Positions 19,123 through 32,875 are shown, counted from the stretch's first letter. The stretch: 64,000 bases of DNA from Thermoanaerobaculia bacterium (GCA_963816185.1 CAWFJJ010000030.1:64001-128000); one strand, 5' to 3'. A program made the numbers and translations. Notes: generated by a model from the sequence alone, not told the origin.

Positions 19123-20550
19123 GTGAGTTGGATGGGTTATAAAAAAGATAAGAAAGGGATAAATCCGGTTAAATCGGCAGGCACAGTACCGTCTGCGGTT
19201 AAAGCCCCGGCGGTTCCGGAACCAACTGAACTGAAGGTAGTGCCAGTTCCCAAGAAGGACGCCGCTCGGGAAACCAAACTTTACGAAGTCAAAAGACGGG
19301 TCCACCATGTATTGCTGGAACGGTTGGACCTGAGCGCCCTCGAGGATTTGGATGAGCAGGTGCGCGCCCGGGAGATCCGGCAAGCCCTGGGGATGCTGCT
19401 CTCGGAAGAAGAAGAGCCCCTCAACATGGGGGAAAAGAGCCGCCTGGCCCGGGAACTGGAATTTGAAATCCTGGGTCTGGGTCCCCTGGAGCCACTCCTC
19501 GATGATCCCACCATTTCGGATATCCTGGTCAACCGCTACGATCAGGTCTATGTTGAACGGCGGGGCTGCCTGGAGATGACCGATATCAGGTTTCAGGATA
19601 ATGACCATCTTCTGAAAATCATCAACAAGATCGTCAGTAACGTCGGCCGCCGCGTCGATGAATCCGTGCCGATGGTGGACGCCCGTCTCCCCGACGGCTC
19701 CCGGGTCAACGCCATCATCCCACCCCTGGCCCTCGACGGCCCGATGCTCTGTATTCGCCGCTTTTCCGTCTCCCGCCCCTCGCTGGAGGATCTGGTCGAG
19801 AAAGGCAGCCTCACGGCCCAGATCGGCGAGGTTCTGAAGGCCATTGCGATCTCGAAGTTGAATGTCATCATCTCCGGCGGCACCGGGTCCGGCAAAACCA
19901 CCATGCTCAACATCCTCTCCGGTTATATTCCTGCCCAGGAACGCGTCATCACCATTGAGGACTCCGCCGAACTCCAACTCCAACAGGAACACGTCTGCCG
20001 CCTGGAGACCCGGCCGGCCAACGTGGAGGGTAAAGGGGAAATTACCGCCCGGGACCTGGTGAAGAACTGTCTGCGGATGCGGCCCGACCGGGTGGTCGTC
20101 GGCGAGGTGCGGGGCGCCGAAGTCATCGACATGCTCCAGGCCATGAATACCGGCCATGAGGGCTCCATGACCACCATCCATGCCAATACCGCCCGGGACG
20201 CCATGCTGCGCTTGGAGACCATGATCTCCCTCTCGGGCATCTCCATCCAGGAAAAGGCCATGCGCCAGATGGTCTCCTCCTCTGTCAACGTGGTCATTCA
20301 GTTGGTCCGCCACAGCGACGGCGGCCGTCGCATGATCTCCCTTTCGGAAATAACCGGAATGGAGAGCGGCGTGATCAGCATGCAGGATATCTTCGTTTTC
20401 GAACGCCACGGCATGAATGAACAGGGGATGATTATGGGACGCTTTGTGGCCACCGGGGTTCGTCCCAGGTTCGCAGACCGCTGCCGGCTCTTCGGGGCGC
20501 CACTCATGGATGGGATCTTCAACCCCCCACCCCGTGCCGTGGGCGGCTAA
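19123..20550 (+). CDS. cpaF: Pilus assembly ATPase CpaF/TadA
   Basis: [59 protein letters not shown]. Confidence 0.97.
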   Translation: MSWMGYKKDKKGINPVKSAGTVPSAVKAPAVPEPTELKVVPVPKKDAARETKLYEVKRRVHHVLLERLDLSALEDLDEQVRAREIRQALGMLLSEEEEPLNMGEKSRLARELEFEILGLGPLEPLLDDPTISDILVNRYDQVYVERRGCLEMTDIRFQDNDHLLKIINKIVSNVGRRVDESVPMVDARLPDGSRVNAIIPPLALDGPMLCIRRFSVSRPSLEDLVEKGSLTAQIGEVLKAIAISKLNVIISGGTGSGKTTMLNILSGYIPAQERVITIEDSAELQLQQEHVCRLETRPANVEGKGEITARDLVKNCLRMRPDRVVVGEVRGAEVIDMLQAMNTGHEGSMTTIHANTARDAMLRLETMISLSGISIQEKAMRQMVSSSVNVVIQLVRHSDGGRRMISLSEITGMESGVISMQDIFVFERHGMNEQGMIMGRFVATGVRPRFADRCRLFGAPLMDGIFNPPPRAVGG

Positions 20551-20580
20551 TGCCCAACGACCAGCCTGAGGAGAAGGTCA

Positions 20581-21582
20581 ATGCCGGATAAAAGCCTGCT
20601 TAGTATGGGCGGCCTGGATTTCACGTTGGTCCTGGGACTCGTAGGGGCTTTTGTGGGGGTTTGCTTCTTAATCACCTACATCAATTTATCGATCATCGAA
20701 CCCATCCGTAATCGGCGGCTAATCCAGAAGCGGCTCCGGAGCAATAAGAGAGAACAGGAGTTCCGAGCCCAAATTTTTAAGGCCTATCAGGACACCAGAA
20801 ATAGCCCGGTTATCACCATTTTGCAGAAATTGACCGGTTGGGGCAAGGTGGATAACCTGCAGCGCCTGCTCCTTCAGGCCGATATCTATCTGGCTCCCGG
20901 CGTTTTCATCTGCACCATAGGCATCATGGCTTGCCTGGGTTTTATTGGCGGCATGCGGCTAGGCGGCTTTTGGCCCTGGGGTCTGGGGGCAGCCATGGGG
21001 TTCCTGCCTATCCTGGTCTTGCGCTGGAAAAAGAAACGCAAGACCATGAAGTTCGAGAAACAGATGCCGGAGGCCATGGAACTTCTGGCCCGGTCGCTCC
21101 GGGCCGGACACACCTTACAGTCCACCCTGGAGTTGGTGTCCCATGAAATTCCGGCCCCGCTGGGGAAGGAGATGCGCATCACCTATGAAGAACAGCGCCT
21201 GGGGCTGAGCGTCTCCCAGGCCCTGCGGCGCATGTCGGACCGGGTGGCCAGCCAGGATCTGCGCTACTTCGTCACTGCGGTCTTGATCCAGGCGGAGACT
21301 GGCGGCAATCTCGCCGAAATTTTGGATAATATCGGCACCCTCATCCGGGAACGGCTGAAATTGAAAGGTAAGGTCATAGCCCTGACGGCCGAAGGCCGGT
21401 TTTCGGCCCTGGTCCTGATTGGCTTGCCCATTGTGACCTTCATGTTCCTCTACCTGATTAACCGGTCCTATGTCATGGTGTTGTGGACTGATCCCATTGG
21501 CACCAAGATCTTGACCGCAGGAATTTCCCTGGTCGTCTTTGGGGCTCTAATCATGAAAAAAATGGTTAATATCAAGGTCTGA
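20581..21582 (+). CDS. tadB: TadB (T2SS F family)
   Basis: FEKQMPEAMELLARSLRAGH, IQAETGGNLAEIL, ALTAEGRFSA. Confidence 0.93.
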   Translation: MPDKSLLSMGGLDFTLVLGLVGAFVGVCFLITYINLSIIEPIRNRRLIQKRLRSNKREQEFRAQIFKAYQDTRNSPVITILQKLTGWGKVDNLQRLLLQADIYLAPGVFICTIGIMACLGFIGGMRLGGFWPWGLGAAMGFLPILVLRWKKKRKTMKFEKQMPEAMELLARSLRAGHTLQSTLELVSHEIPAPLGKEMRITYEEQRLGLSVSQALRRMSDRVASQDLRYFVTAVLIQAETGGNLAEILDNIGTLIRERLKLKGKVIALTAEGRFSALVLIGLPIVTFMFLYLINRSYVMVLWTDPIGTKILTAGISLVVFGALIMKKMVNIKV

Positions 21583-21592
21583 GGAGGAGTTC

Positions 21593-22540
21593 ATGGAAGC
21601 CCTCGATTGGCTCATCTGGGTCGGCACTTTTCTGGCCGGAACTTGTCTGGCTTACGGCCTCATGCACTATGTCGGCACCCGGCGGCTGTTAAAAACCCGA
21701 TTCAGAAGAGCCACCGAAGCGGCGATGCCCCTTTATCAGGGCGGCAATGATACCACGAAGAAGCGTTTCCTGGAATGGGTCTCCTCCTTCGGCAAATTTG
21801 CCATGTCGAATAAAGAAGGGGCCTCGAAACTCAGGTTTGCCCTGCTACAGGCCGGTTTTCGGCATCCCAAAGGCACCGCCATCTTCTATGGTCTTAAGGC
21901 CCTGGGGGCATTGATCCTGCCCTTGCCCTATCTGCTGTTCAACGCCATGAACGGCAAGATGACCTCCGGCAGCTTGGGGATTACCCTCCTGCTGGCGGGG
22001 GCGGGATTTTATCTACCCCAATATATCCTGAAGTTTAAGACCTCCCGGCGTCAGGACGGGATTGACAAGGCCCTGCCGGACGTCCTGGATCTGCTGATCG
22101 TGCTGCTGGAGGCCGGCCTCTCCTTGCAGTCGACGCTCAACCGGGTGTCAGACGAGGTGCGCCCCATTTCCATAGAGCTCTATCATGAACTGCACCTCAC
22201 CAACGCCGAACTGCGCACCGGGATTAGCCGGGAGTTGGCCTTAAAGAATTTGGGGGAGCGCACCGGGGTGCAAAGCGTCAACTCCCTGGTGGGTATGATG
22301 ATTCAATCGGAAAAGATGGGGACCAGCATGTCCCAGGCATTACGGGTTCATTCCAACTTTCTCCGGGTGCAGCGGTCCCAAAAGGCTGAGGCGATAGCCG
22401 CCAAATTGCCGGTAAAAATTATGTTCCCGATGATGGGCTTTATTTTCCCGGCGATCTTCATCGTGGTCCTGGGACCGGCGGTGATTAGTCTGCTGCATAG
22501 TTCCTTTTTCGCAACCATGGGCGGAGGCCCCAAGTTTTAG
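21593..22540 (+). CDS. tadC: TadC (T2SS F family)
   Basis: LPDVLDLL..EAGL, QSEKMGTS, AAKLPVKIMFPM..FIFPA. Confidence 0.93.
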   Translation: MEALDWLIWVGTFLAGTCLAYGLMHYVGTRRLLKTRFRRATEAAMPLYQGGNDTTKKRFLEWVSSFGKFAMSNKEGASKLRFALLQAGFRHPKGTAIFYGLKALGALILPLPYLLFNAMNGKMTSGSLGITLLLAGAGFYLPQYILKFKTSRRQDGIDKALPDVLDLLIVLLEAGLSLQSTLNRVSDEVRPISIELYHELHLTNAELRTGISRELALKNLGERTGVQSVNSLVGMMIQSEKMGTSMSQALRVHSNFLRVQRSQKAEAIAAKLPVKIMFPMMGFIFPAIFIVVLGPAVISLLHSSFFATMGGGPKF

Positions 22541-23096
22541 CAGGCCACAGAAACCCCTGCAAGATGCCCGGATTTAGAAGCATTTCCTACCGGGAATCCC
22601 TTTCGACCAGAATTCTTCTTGCCGCTGAACAGCAGGTGGACCGGCGCGGATTACGAGCAGCCGCGCCTCCCTCCGCCCGGCAGTCATTCATGGGCCTGCG
22701 CCCACCCATAAATAATGCAAGCCTCTTGATGGTGTGTGGAACTCGCCCCACATTTCTCCTTGGCGGTTTTTACTGACCACTGAGCACTGACCCCTGGCCA
22801 CTGACTAAACCCTCTCCCGCCTCGCTGTCCCGTTATTTCCTGGACAATAGAGTTTCGTAGGGCGGGAAAGCGAAGCGCATCCCGCCTTTCGTATTTATAG
22901 ACAAAAATAGTTGTTCATCAGGGTCCTTCACGGCTAAACAGAGCAGTCATTGCCTGACTATCTCCTCCTATTTCCTGGACAATGCGCCTCTTCTCAGATA
23001 AAATCCGCTAAAAGCGTAGCCTGCTCCGTGGCGGGGCTTGCACCGCGCCCGCCGTCCGTAACAATATGGAGTTATGCGGCTTCTCAAGAGGCAACC

Positions 23097-24554
23097 ATGA
23101 AACGTACTTTGTTACTCAACCCGCCATCATTCCAGGATTTTGACGGCGGCGCCGGCTCGCGCTATCAGGCCACCCGGGAGGTCACCTCCTTTTGGTATCC
23201 TACCTGGCTGTGCTATCCGGCCGGGCTCATCCCGGAAAGCCGGGTGGTGGACGCCCCGCCGGAGAACCTGACGGTGGCCCAGGTGGCGGACCTGGCCGGC
23301 GATTTTGAATTGGCGGTGCTCTTCACCTCCAGCCCCTCCTTCCATCACGACCTGGAAACGGTCAGCCGTCTCAAAGCCAAGAATTCCCAACTGCTGGTGG
23401 GCCTGGTGGGCCCGCAGGTGTCCATTCTCGCCCAGGAATCCCTGGCTGCCGGTCCCCAGGTGGATTTCGTGGCCCGCCGGGAATTCGACTATGCCGTCAC
23501 CGAAATCGCCCAGGGACGCCCCTGGAAAGATATTCTGGGCATCAGCTACCGGGAAGGGGATCGCATCCATCACAACCCCGACCGGCCCTATATCGAGGAT
23601 CTGGACGCCCTGCCCATGGTCACCGAGATCTACCATCGGGACCTGAAGATCGGCAACTACCATATCCCTTATCTGCGCGACCCCTATGTCTCCTTTTATA
23701 CCGGGCGGGGCTGCCCGGCCCATTGCGTTTACTGCCTCTGGCCCCAGACCTTCACCGGCCACCGCTTCCGGGTCCGGAGCGTGGCCAACGTGGTGGCCGA
23801 AGTGCGCCGCAGCCTGGAGCTCTTCCCCCAGGCCGCCGAGATCTTCTTCGACGACGACACCTTCACCGCCGACGGCGAGCGGGCCCGCCAGTTGGGCCGG
23901 GCTTTCCGCGACCTGAAGTTCCTCTGGTCCACCACCGCCCGGGCCAATACCTCTTACGAGACCCTGAAGGCCATGAAGGAAGGTGGGCTCCGGCTGCTGG
24001 TGGTGGGCTTCGAAACCGGCGACCCCCAGGTCTTGAAAAACATTCGCAAGGGCGTCACCCTCGACCTGGGCCGCCGCATGGTCAAGTGGTGCAAGGAACT
24101 GGGCATCCAGGTGCACGGCACCTTTATGGTCGGCCTGCCGGGGGAAACCCGGCAAAGTCTCGAGGCCTCCATGCGCTTTGCCTGCGAACTGGACCCGGAC
24201 ACCATCCAGGTCTCCCTGGCCACCCCTTACCCGGGCACCGAGTTCTACGACTTTTGCCGGGACCAGGGCTACATGCAGGACGACGCCCTGGGAGTGCACG
24301 GCCAGACCGGCTATCAGCAGTGCGTGGTCGATTACCCCGGCCTGGCCGCGGCGGAAATCTTCGCGGCGGTCCCCAAGTTCTACCGGCGCTTCTATTTCCG
24401 TCCCAGCTACATGGCCCGGGCGGCCCTGATCATGCTGCGGGACCCCGGGGAGCGTAAGCGCTTGCTCAAGGAAGGCCGGCAGTTTTTGAGCTTCATGTTC
24501 AAGCGTCGCCAGGGCGCGGCTGCCCAGGCGAAGGCCGGCTCGAGTTGCCAATAA
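23097..24554 (+). CDS. hpnJ: Hopanoid biosynthesis-associated radical SAM protein HpnJ
   Basis: N-terminus TLLLNPPSFxDFDGGAGSRYQATRE..SFWYPTWL; GRGCPAHCVYCLWPQT; FFDDDTF. Confidence 0.9.
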   Translation: MKRTLLLNPPSFQDFDGGAGSRYQATREVTSFWYPTWLCYPAGLIPESRVVDAPPENLTVAQVADLAGDFELAVLFTSSPSFHHDLETVSRLKAKNSQLLVGLVGPQVSILAQESLAAGPQVDFVARREFDYAVTEIAQGRPWKDILGISYREGDRIHHNPDRPYIEDLDALPMVTEIYHRDLKIGNYHIPYLRDPYVSFYTGRGCPAHCVYCLWPQTFTGHRFRVRSVANVVAEVRRSLELFPQAAEIFFDDDTFTADGERARQLGRAFRDLKFLWSTTARANTSYETLKAMKEGGLRLLVVGFETGDPQVLKNIRKGVTLDLGRRMVKWCKELGIQVHGTFMVGLPGETRQSLEASMRFACELDPDTIQVSLATPYPGTEFYDFCRDQGYMQDDALGVHGQTGYQQCVVDYPGLAAAEIFAAVPKFYRRFYFRPSYMARAALIMLRDPGERKRLLKEGRQFLSFMFKRRQGAAAQAKAGSSCQ

Positions 24555-25624
24555 CGGTCAAGGAGATGCTGCACCTCATCCTTCAGGGCGGTCCCGGCTT
24601 CTGTCAGATCGCCCTGACCAACGCCTGCAACGCCCACTGCCGCTTCTGCAATTTTCCCCAGGTGCCGCCCGCTTCCCGGGTCATGGCTGATACCGCGCGG
24701 CTTTTCCAGGGGCTGGCGGCCTTGCACCAGGCGGGGGTGCAATATCTCTGCTTCACCGGCGGCGAACCCCTGCTCCACCCGGACCTGTTGCCGGTCCTGG
24801 AGCGCGCCCGCCAGTGCGACATTAACACCATCCTCTGCACCAATGGCTCCTTGCTCAGCCCCAAGCGCCTGCAGGAACTCAAGGCCGTCGGCCTGGAAAC
24901 CCTCATCATTTCCATGGATGCCCCTTCGGCGGACCAACATGATCGCCACCGGGGCTTGCCGGGCCTGACGGATCATATCCGGGACCTGCTGCCCCTCATG
25001 CGGCAATACCACCTCAACCCGGTGGCCTCGGTGACCCTGAGCCGTCTGGTAGACGACCTGGAGGGCATGATCCAGTTCCTGGACCGCCTCGGTTTCCAGC
25101 GGGTCACCTTTTCTTATCCCGTCACCCGGCTGCACTCCTCCTACCTGGGGTTTGCCGACCACTACTCCGTGGACTTCACTGAGGCCGAGCTGTACCGCTG
25201 GTTTGGCCGCATCAAAGACCTGAAGGCCACCTCGTCCCTGACCATCCTCAACCCCAAGCTGGGGCTTACCGACCTGCAACGTCAGCTGGAGCAGCGCCCC
25301 GGCCGCTTTCCCTGCCTGGCGGGCTACAAGTACTTTTTCGTGGATTGGCATCTGCAGGTCTCCCGCTGCCACTACCAGGCCGAGACCCTGGGCCCCCTCG
25401 AGGAAATCCACCGGCTCGCCCCCATCCGGGACGACTGCCAGGCCTGCACCATCGACTGCTACCGGGACCCCAGCGTCTATCAGTACCTGGCGGTGTCGGT
25501 GGCCGACGGCCTGGCGGCCCTGCGCCAGGGCAAGTGGCTCAAGGGCCTGGGCACCCTGCTGCATCCCTATAATTTCCTCTCCCTGGCCGCGCTGCTGGAG
25601 GGCCGCCATTGGGTGCGGGGGTGA
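24545..25624 (+). CDS. Radical SAM protein with C-terminal Cys-rich (SPASM/twitch-like) region
   Basis: CNAHCRFC, TGGEPLL, TNG; CLAG...SRC...CQACxxxC. Overlaps the hpnJ stop. Confidence 0.85.
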   Translation: MPITVKEMLHLILQGGPGFCQIALTNACNAHCRFCNFPQVPPASRVMADTARLFQGLAALHQAGVQYLCFTGGEPLLHPDLLPVLERARQCDINTILCTNGSLLSPKRLQELKAVGLETLIISMDAPSADQHDRHRGLPGLTDHIRDLLPLMRQYHLNPVASVTLSRLVDDLEGMIQFLDRLGFQRVTFSYPVTRLHSSYLGFADHYSVDFTEAELYRWFGRIKDLKATSSLTILNPKLGLTDLQRQLEQRPGRFPCLAGYKYFFVDWHLQVSRCHYQAETLGPLEEIHRLAPIRDDCQACTIDCYRDPSVYQYLAVSVADGLAALRQGKWLKGLGTLLHPYNFLSLAALLEGRHWVRG

Positions 25625-25708
25625 TGAAGAAGTTGCCGGTTGCCAGTGGTCAGTAGTCAGTAAAAGCCAGCAATGAACAACTCAGGAAAATGAATTCTGC
25701 AAGAATTG

Positions 25709-25804
25709 GTAGCACAGGCTTTCCAGCCTGTGCCTGGTGTAGGGTGGGCACTGCCCACCAATTCCTTAGATAAGACCCTGGTAGCACAGGCGTCTCGCCT
25801 GTGC
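25709..25804. repeat. Cluster of three GTAG-type REP-like palindromes
   Basis: GTAGCACAGGCTTTCCAGCCTGTGC, GTAGGGTGGGCACTGCCCACC, GTAGCACAGGCGTCTCGCCTGTGC. Confidence 0.8.
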
Positions 25805-25847
25805 AGGCGTAGGCTGAACCTGCGGCTACATTTTGTATAATAATTTC

Positions 25848-26802
25848 ATGGGCCAAAGACGAAACCTGCCACCAATTCAGGGGACAGAGGACGGAGGACC
25901 GGGTTTTGACTCCCGTCTCCCGTCTCCCGTCTCCCGTCCTCCCCGCACCGTCATCTTCACCGCCGATGACTTCGGCCTCTCCCCCGCCTTGAATGGCGCC
26001 GTGGCCCTGGCCCATCGCCGGGGGTTGCTGCGTTGCGCCAGCCTCATGGCCGCGGGGCCGCACTTTTCAGAAGCCCTGCCGGCTGGCCCGGGACCTTCCC
26101 GACCTCTGCCTGGGCGTCCACCTCACCCTGATCCAGGGCCGGGCCGTTTTGCCGCCCGCCAGGCTTCCCCATCTGGTGGATAGCCAGGGTCGCTTTCTTC
26201 ATGATCCGGTCAAGACGGGTTGGCGCTATTTCTGGGAGCCCCGGTTGCTGCCGGAGATCAAACGGGAACTGCGGGCCCAGATCGAAACGGTGCTGCAGGC
26301 CGGATTTACTCCCTGGCATCTGAACGGCCACGTCAACCTGCACCTGCACCCCAGGATTTTCCCCCTGGTGCTGGACCTGGCCCGGGAATACCGCATCCCG
26401 GCGGTGCGCCTGGCCCGGGAGGACTGGCGCACCACCCTGGCCCTGGCCCCGGACGGTCCCCTCCCCAAGGTGGCCCAGGGGATCATCTTCACCCTGCTCT
26501 GCCGCCGGGCCGAGCGGCTGGCCCGGGCCGCGGGGCTCATTTATAACGACCAGCTTTTCGGCCTCTTGAATGACGGCCGCATGACCGAAACCTATCTCCT
26601 CGGGTTGGTGCCGCGCCTTCAGCCCGGGGTTACCGAGATTTACTGCCATCCCGGGCTCTATGCCGATGCGGAGTTGCAGCATTGGGCCCCGGCTTACCGC
26701 CGCCAGGCCGAGCTGGCCGCCCTCCTCAGCCCCCGCCTCCGGGACGCCCTGGCCGCGGCCGCTATCGAACTGAGCGACTTCCGAGCCCTTTCTCAGTCAT
26801 AG
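25848..26802 (+). CDS. hpnK: Hopanoid-associated HpnK (YdjC/ChbG deacetylase family), frameshift near 26075
   Basis: IFTADDFGLS...ASLM in one frame; LGVHLTL, HLNGHVNLHLHP, EIYCHP in the next. Confidence 0.85.
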
Positions 26803-26974
26803 TGGCACAGGCCTCCGGCCTGTGATCTTTTAACGCCTCTTGCCGGTGGGGCGGGCCTCTGTGCCCGCCCGTTCTTAATCTCTATATCCTCCATCAAGTT
26901 TCCATTCCCTTCCTTGACGCCGCCGCCCCGGATTCTTATTTTCTAGGCAAGAAATCCGGAGGAGGAAATTTCTC

Positions 26975-27313
26975 GTGGCCGAAGCAACCAAGCCCAAGTG
27001 CGATGTGGATCCGGTGTGCAATCTCGACCTGAACGCCATGCACGGCCAGTTTGCCTATGACTTTGAAGATCAAACCTACTGGTTCTGCTCGGAGGCCTGC
27101 AAGGACCAGTTCGCGGCCCAGCCGCAGAAATTTATCCAGGCCGGGGCCAGGCCCGTCTGTAAAGTGGACCCGGTGTGCAACCTGGACCTGAAAGCCATGC
27201 ACGGCAAGTTCGCCTATGATTTTGAAGACGAAACCTACTGGTTCTGCTCGGAGGCCTGCAAGGAGGAGTTCGCCGCCCAACCGGACAAGTATCATAAGAA
27301 AGCCGGGAAATAA
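26975..27313 (+). CDS. Tandem two-YHS/TRASH domain metal-binding protein
   Basis: Two near-identical units VDPVCNLDL...TYWFCSEACKxxFAAQP; RBS GGAGG. Confidence 0.88.
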   Translation: MAEATKPKCDVDPVCNLDLNAMHGQFAYDFEDQTYWFCSEACKDQFAAQPQKFIQAGARPVCKVDPVCNLDLKAMHGKFAYDFEDETYWFCSEACKEEFAAQPDKYHKKAGK

Positions 27314-27521
27314 GCCAGGCTTCAGCCTGGGTCATGCAAACAATTTGGCCGGTCGTGAAACGCAGCAGGGTAGGGGCGGTGCGCCAACCGCCCCTACTTT
27401 TTTTCACTTGATTTCAGCAAAAATAGGGGCGACCCAACGGGTCGCCCCTTCTGATATGGATTAATAGGGGGTGGGGAGGCAGGGCCCTTACGAAAGTCCC
27501 TGGCCCTCCTGCTACATTTCC

Positions 27522-28613
27522 TCACCCTGTCGCCGCGATGGCGTCGCCCCGGAGCCGGGCCCGCATGGCTTCGCTTTCCTGGACGATCTTCTCCAGATCG
27601 GGGTTATTGGACAGGTAAAGATTGAAGATGTGCCCCTGCAGGCCGATGGCGATGGGCTCGATCATCTCCTCCGGCAGCACCAGGGCCCTTGATTTAGCCC
27701 GAGTCTCCGGAGCGGCTATCTCGACCACCCCTTCCTTGCCCCATTGCCGGAAGATGGCAGTGAACAGCGCGATGGGCCAGGCGCAATCCGACACCACCAC
27801 GACTTCGGCGGCCTTCACGGCGTCGCGGTTGCCGTTGAAGGAGACGGCCAGGCCGCCGCCGGTCCGCACCGCTGCCAAGGCCTGGACGTCGGTGCTGCCG
27901 TCGCCCACGTAGATGGTGTCCGCCAGGGTGAAGCCGGTTTGGGCCAGGCCGTCGGCCACGGCCTTGGCCTTTTCCGCCCCGCCCACCGGGTTGACCTCCC
28001 GGTAGATGGCGCCGATCTCCATCTGCGGCAGACGCTCGAAGAAGATGCGGTCCAGCAGGGTGATAGCCTCCTGCACCGGTCCGGGGAAATCAGTCAGCGC
28101 CGCGGCCCCCGCGGGCAACTCGATGGCCGGGGCCGCCAGGATTTCCTCTTCCAGGCGGCGCAATTCTTCCGCTTCCGCCGGGGCCAACTGGTAGCGGTCC
28201 AGGTCCAGCTCGGTGCAGAAGATATGCGCGGCGTCGAACCCCAGCTTGGTCCCCACCGCTTCGGCAAACTGGCGGTAGCTGGTGCTGATCTCGAAGATGG
28301 GAAACTTGAAGCCGTGCAGAAACCGGTAGGCCTCCTCCGCCCCGGGCACCAGCCGGAGGTTTTGGCTGGAAAAATCCCGGATCATGGCATTGCTGACGCC
28401 GTGCGCCTTGAGAAACGGCAGGATGAGCTTCAGGGTGTCGCCGGCCTGGTATTCCGGCTGCTTGGCAATATCCGCCAGGTAGTCGCCATAACGGCTCACC
28501 TGGGTAAAGAAGCGGTCGCCGTGCGGTTTGATAAACTCCCGGCAGAGCTCGAAGGCATTGTCATTGAGGGCCAACGGCCCTTCGCAGTCCGTATTTAACT
28601 GGATTTGGAGCAT
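27522..28613 (-). CDS. HAD-superfamily hydrolase, COG4030/EhaR-like
   Basis: DCEGP..NDNAFEL, GDTLKLILPFL, ISTSY, YVGDGSTD, SFNGN. Confidence 0.65.
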   Translation of the reverse strand: MLQIQLNTDCEGPLALNDNAFELCREFIKPHGDRFFTQVSRYGDYLADIAKQPEYQAGDTLKLILPFLKAHGVSNAMIRDFSSQNLRLVPGAEEAYRFLHGFKFPIFEISTSYRQFAEAVGTKLGFDAAHIFCTELDLDRYQLAPAEAEELRRLEEEILAAPAIELPAGAAALTDFPGPVQEAITLLDRIFFERLPQMEIGAIYREVNPVGGAEKAKAVADGLAQTGFTLADTIYVGDGSTDVQALAAVRTGGGLAVSFNGNRDAVKAAEVVVVSDCAWPIALFTAIFRQWGKEGVVEIAAPETRAKSRALVLPEEMIEPIAIGLQGHIFNLYLSNNPDLEKIVQESEAMRARLRGDAIAATG

Positions 28614-28758
28614 GTATTCTCCTTAGGTTTATGGCACACGGAAAGTGACACAAAGACGCCAGAGAACTCAAGAATTATTCTAACATGTCTGTGCGCCTCT
28701 GTGCCTCTCGTCTTTGCGTGAAATATCCATTGTCATTCTCCCGTCTCCTCGGTCTTCG

Positions 28759-29734
28759 TTACTCACTCAATCGGGCGATAATCCTTTCCAGCACCCTCTT
28801 ATCCGGGTAACCCTCCCGTCCGGCCCCGCCCAATTTATAGGCCGCGGCGTACTCCGCCAGGCGCACCGCCTGGGGCAGATTGAGGCCGGTCAGCAGCCCG
28901 GCGAGATAGCCGGCCGCGAAGACGTCGCCGGCCCCCAGGGTATCCACCGGCTGCCCCTCGAACGAGGCCGGAATATCCAGATACCGCACCGGGGTGAGCA
29001 GCCTGGCCCCCAGGGGACCCCGTTTGATCAGGATGATGGGCGGGGCCCAGACGGGGTGGCTCTGCAAGCCGCCCCCCAGGAGGGCCCATTCCGCCTCGTT
29101 CACCATCAGGGTCTCGACGTTGTCCAGCAACTCTTCCAGGACGCCCCGGCCGCGGCGGGCGTAGAGTTCCCCCGGGTCGAAGGTCAGCCGCGGGCCGCCC
29201 TCCAGGCGCCGGGGGATCTGCCCCTGCACCGCCAGGGGGCCGTCGCCCGCAAAAGAGGTGAGGTGGAGAAACCTGGCCTGCTGCAACTCTCCCCAGGGCA
29301 GATCACTTTCCCGCAGTTCGTCGTTGGTGTTGGGCGCCACCAGGATGGTGCGCTCGCCCTCCGGGTCCACCAGGATATAGGCCCGGCCGCTTTCGCCGGC
29401 CTGCACCACGTAGTCCAGGTTAACCCCAGCGCAGGCTCTCTCTGATAAAAATCCCGTCCTCGTCGGCCCCCAGCCGCCCCACCAGGGCCGCCGGGAACCC
29501 CAAACGGGCCAGGGCATAGGCGGTATTGGCCGCCTGGCCGCCGCCGAAGCGGCCGGTCGGCCGGCCAAAGCGGCCCAGCAAGTCCCGGAGCCGGGCCTCA
29601 TCTTCCCCGGACAGCGCCTCTTCCCCGCCCCGGGTCAAGCCGGTGCCCCAATTTCGCAGGAACCCGGCCAGGTCATCCACCCGATAAACCAGATCGACGT
29701 TGATGGCCCCCAGGCAAAAAACTTGCGGCTGCAT
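28759..29734 (-). CDS. PfkB family carbohydrate/nucleoside kinase, frameshift near 29430-29450
   Basis: GAINVD, GGGQAANTAYALARLG, GRLGADEDG; FDPG, VNEAE, VDTLGAGDVFAAG. Confidence 0.88.
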
Positions 29735-30046
29735 CCAGGAAAACTATCAGGATTTCCCCTGCCGGTCAAGGCGCGGCTCTGGTAGGGGCGGCTCTCGAGC
29801 CGCCCCAGTTTTGCGATTCTCGTTCCCAAGCTCCGCTTGGGAATGCCAATTTCAGCCCAAGCTCTGCTTGGGCTCCCTCGCCCCAGTCCGTAGAGCGGGA
29901 AAGCGCCGCGCCTCCCGCCGTTAACCTTACTGTTGCCTTCGATGCCGATTAATTTTTCCCTCATTGCCGCAAGAATCTCCCACCCCCTGGATTTTCGCTT
30001 CGGAATTACTAAATTATAAAATTAGTGAAATTATCGAGGGAGAGCG

Positions 30047-30488
30047 ATGCACCGTCTCATCAAGATCAGGATCATCCGGGACTTTGAACATCTGGAGGAA
30101 CGCTGGCGCTGCCAGCCGGACCAGCGGTTCGAGTCCACCCGCACCCAGGTCCACTTTCAGCCGGCGGCCGATTTCTACGAGACCACCGAGGGTCTGGTGG
30201 TGCGCCTGGAACTGGCCGGCGTCAAGCCGGACAGCCTCTCCCTCTCCCTGGCCGGCCAGGAACTGGTGGTCCAGGGACACCGGCAACCGCCGCCGCCGGC
30301 AGGCCTGCGGCGCTTCATCCACCTGGAGATGGGCTTCGGCGCCTTCGAGCGTTGCTTCATCCTGCCCATCCCCATTGACCCCCAGGGCGTCCAGGCCCGG
30401 TTTCCTGGACGGCATCCTGGAGATTACCCTGCCCCGGAAGGCGCCTCAAACTCGCCAGATTCCGGTGAAGCAGGCAGACCCGGACTAA
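30047..30488 (+). CDS. Hsp20/alpha-crystallin small heat-shock protein (frameshift near 30400)
   Basis: PAADFYET...ELAGV...EMGFGAFER; C-terminus DGILEITLP...IPV lies in the other frame, stop 30486-30488. Confidence 0.85.
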
Positions 30489-30505
30489 ACCTTCACGGAG
30501 AACCC

Positions 30506-32875
<2,370 letters not shown>

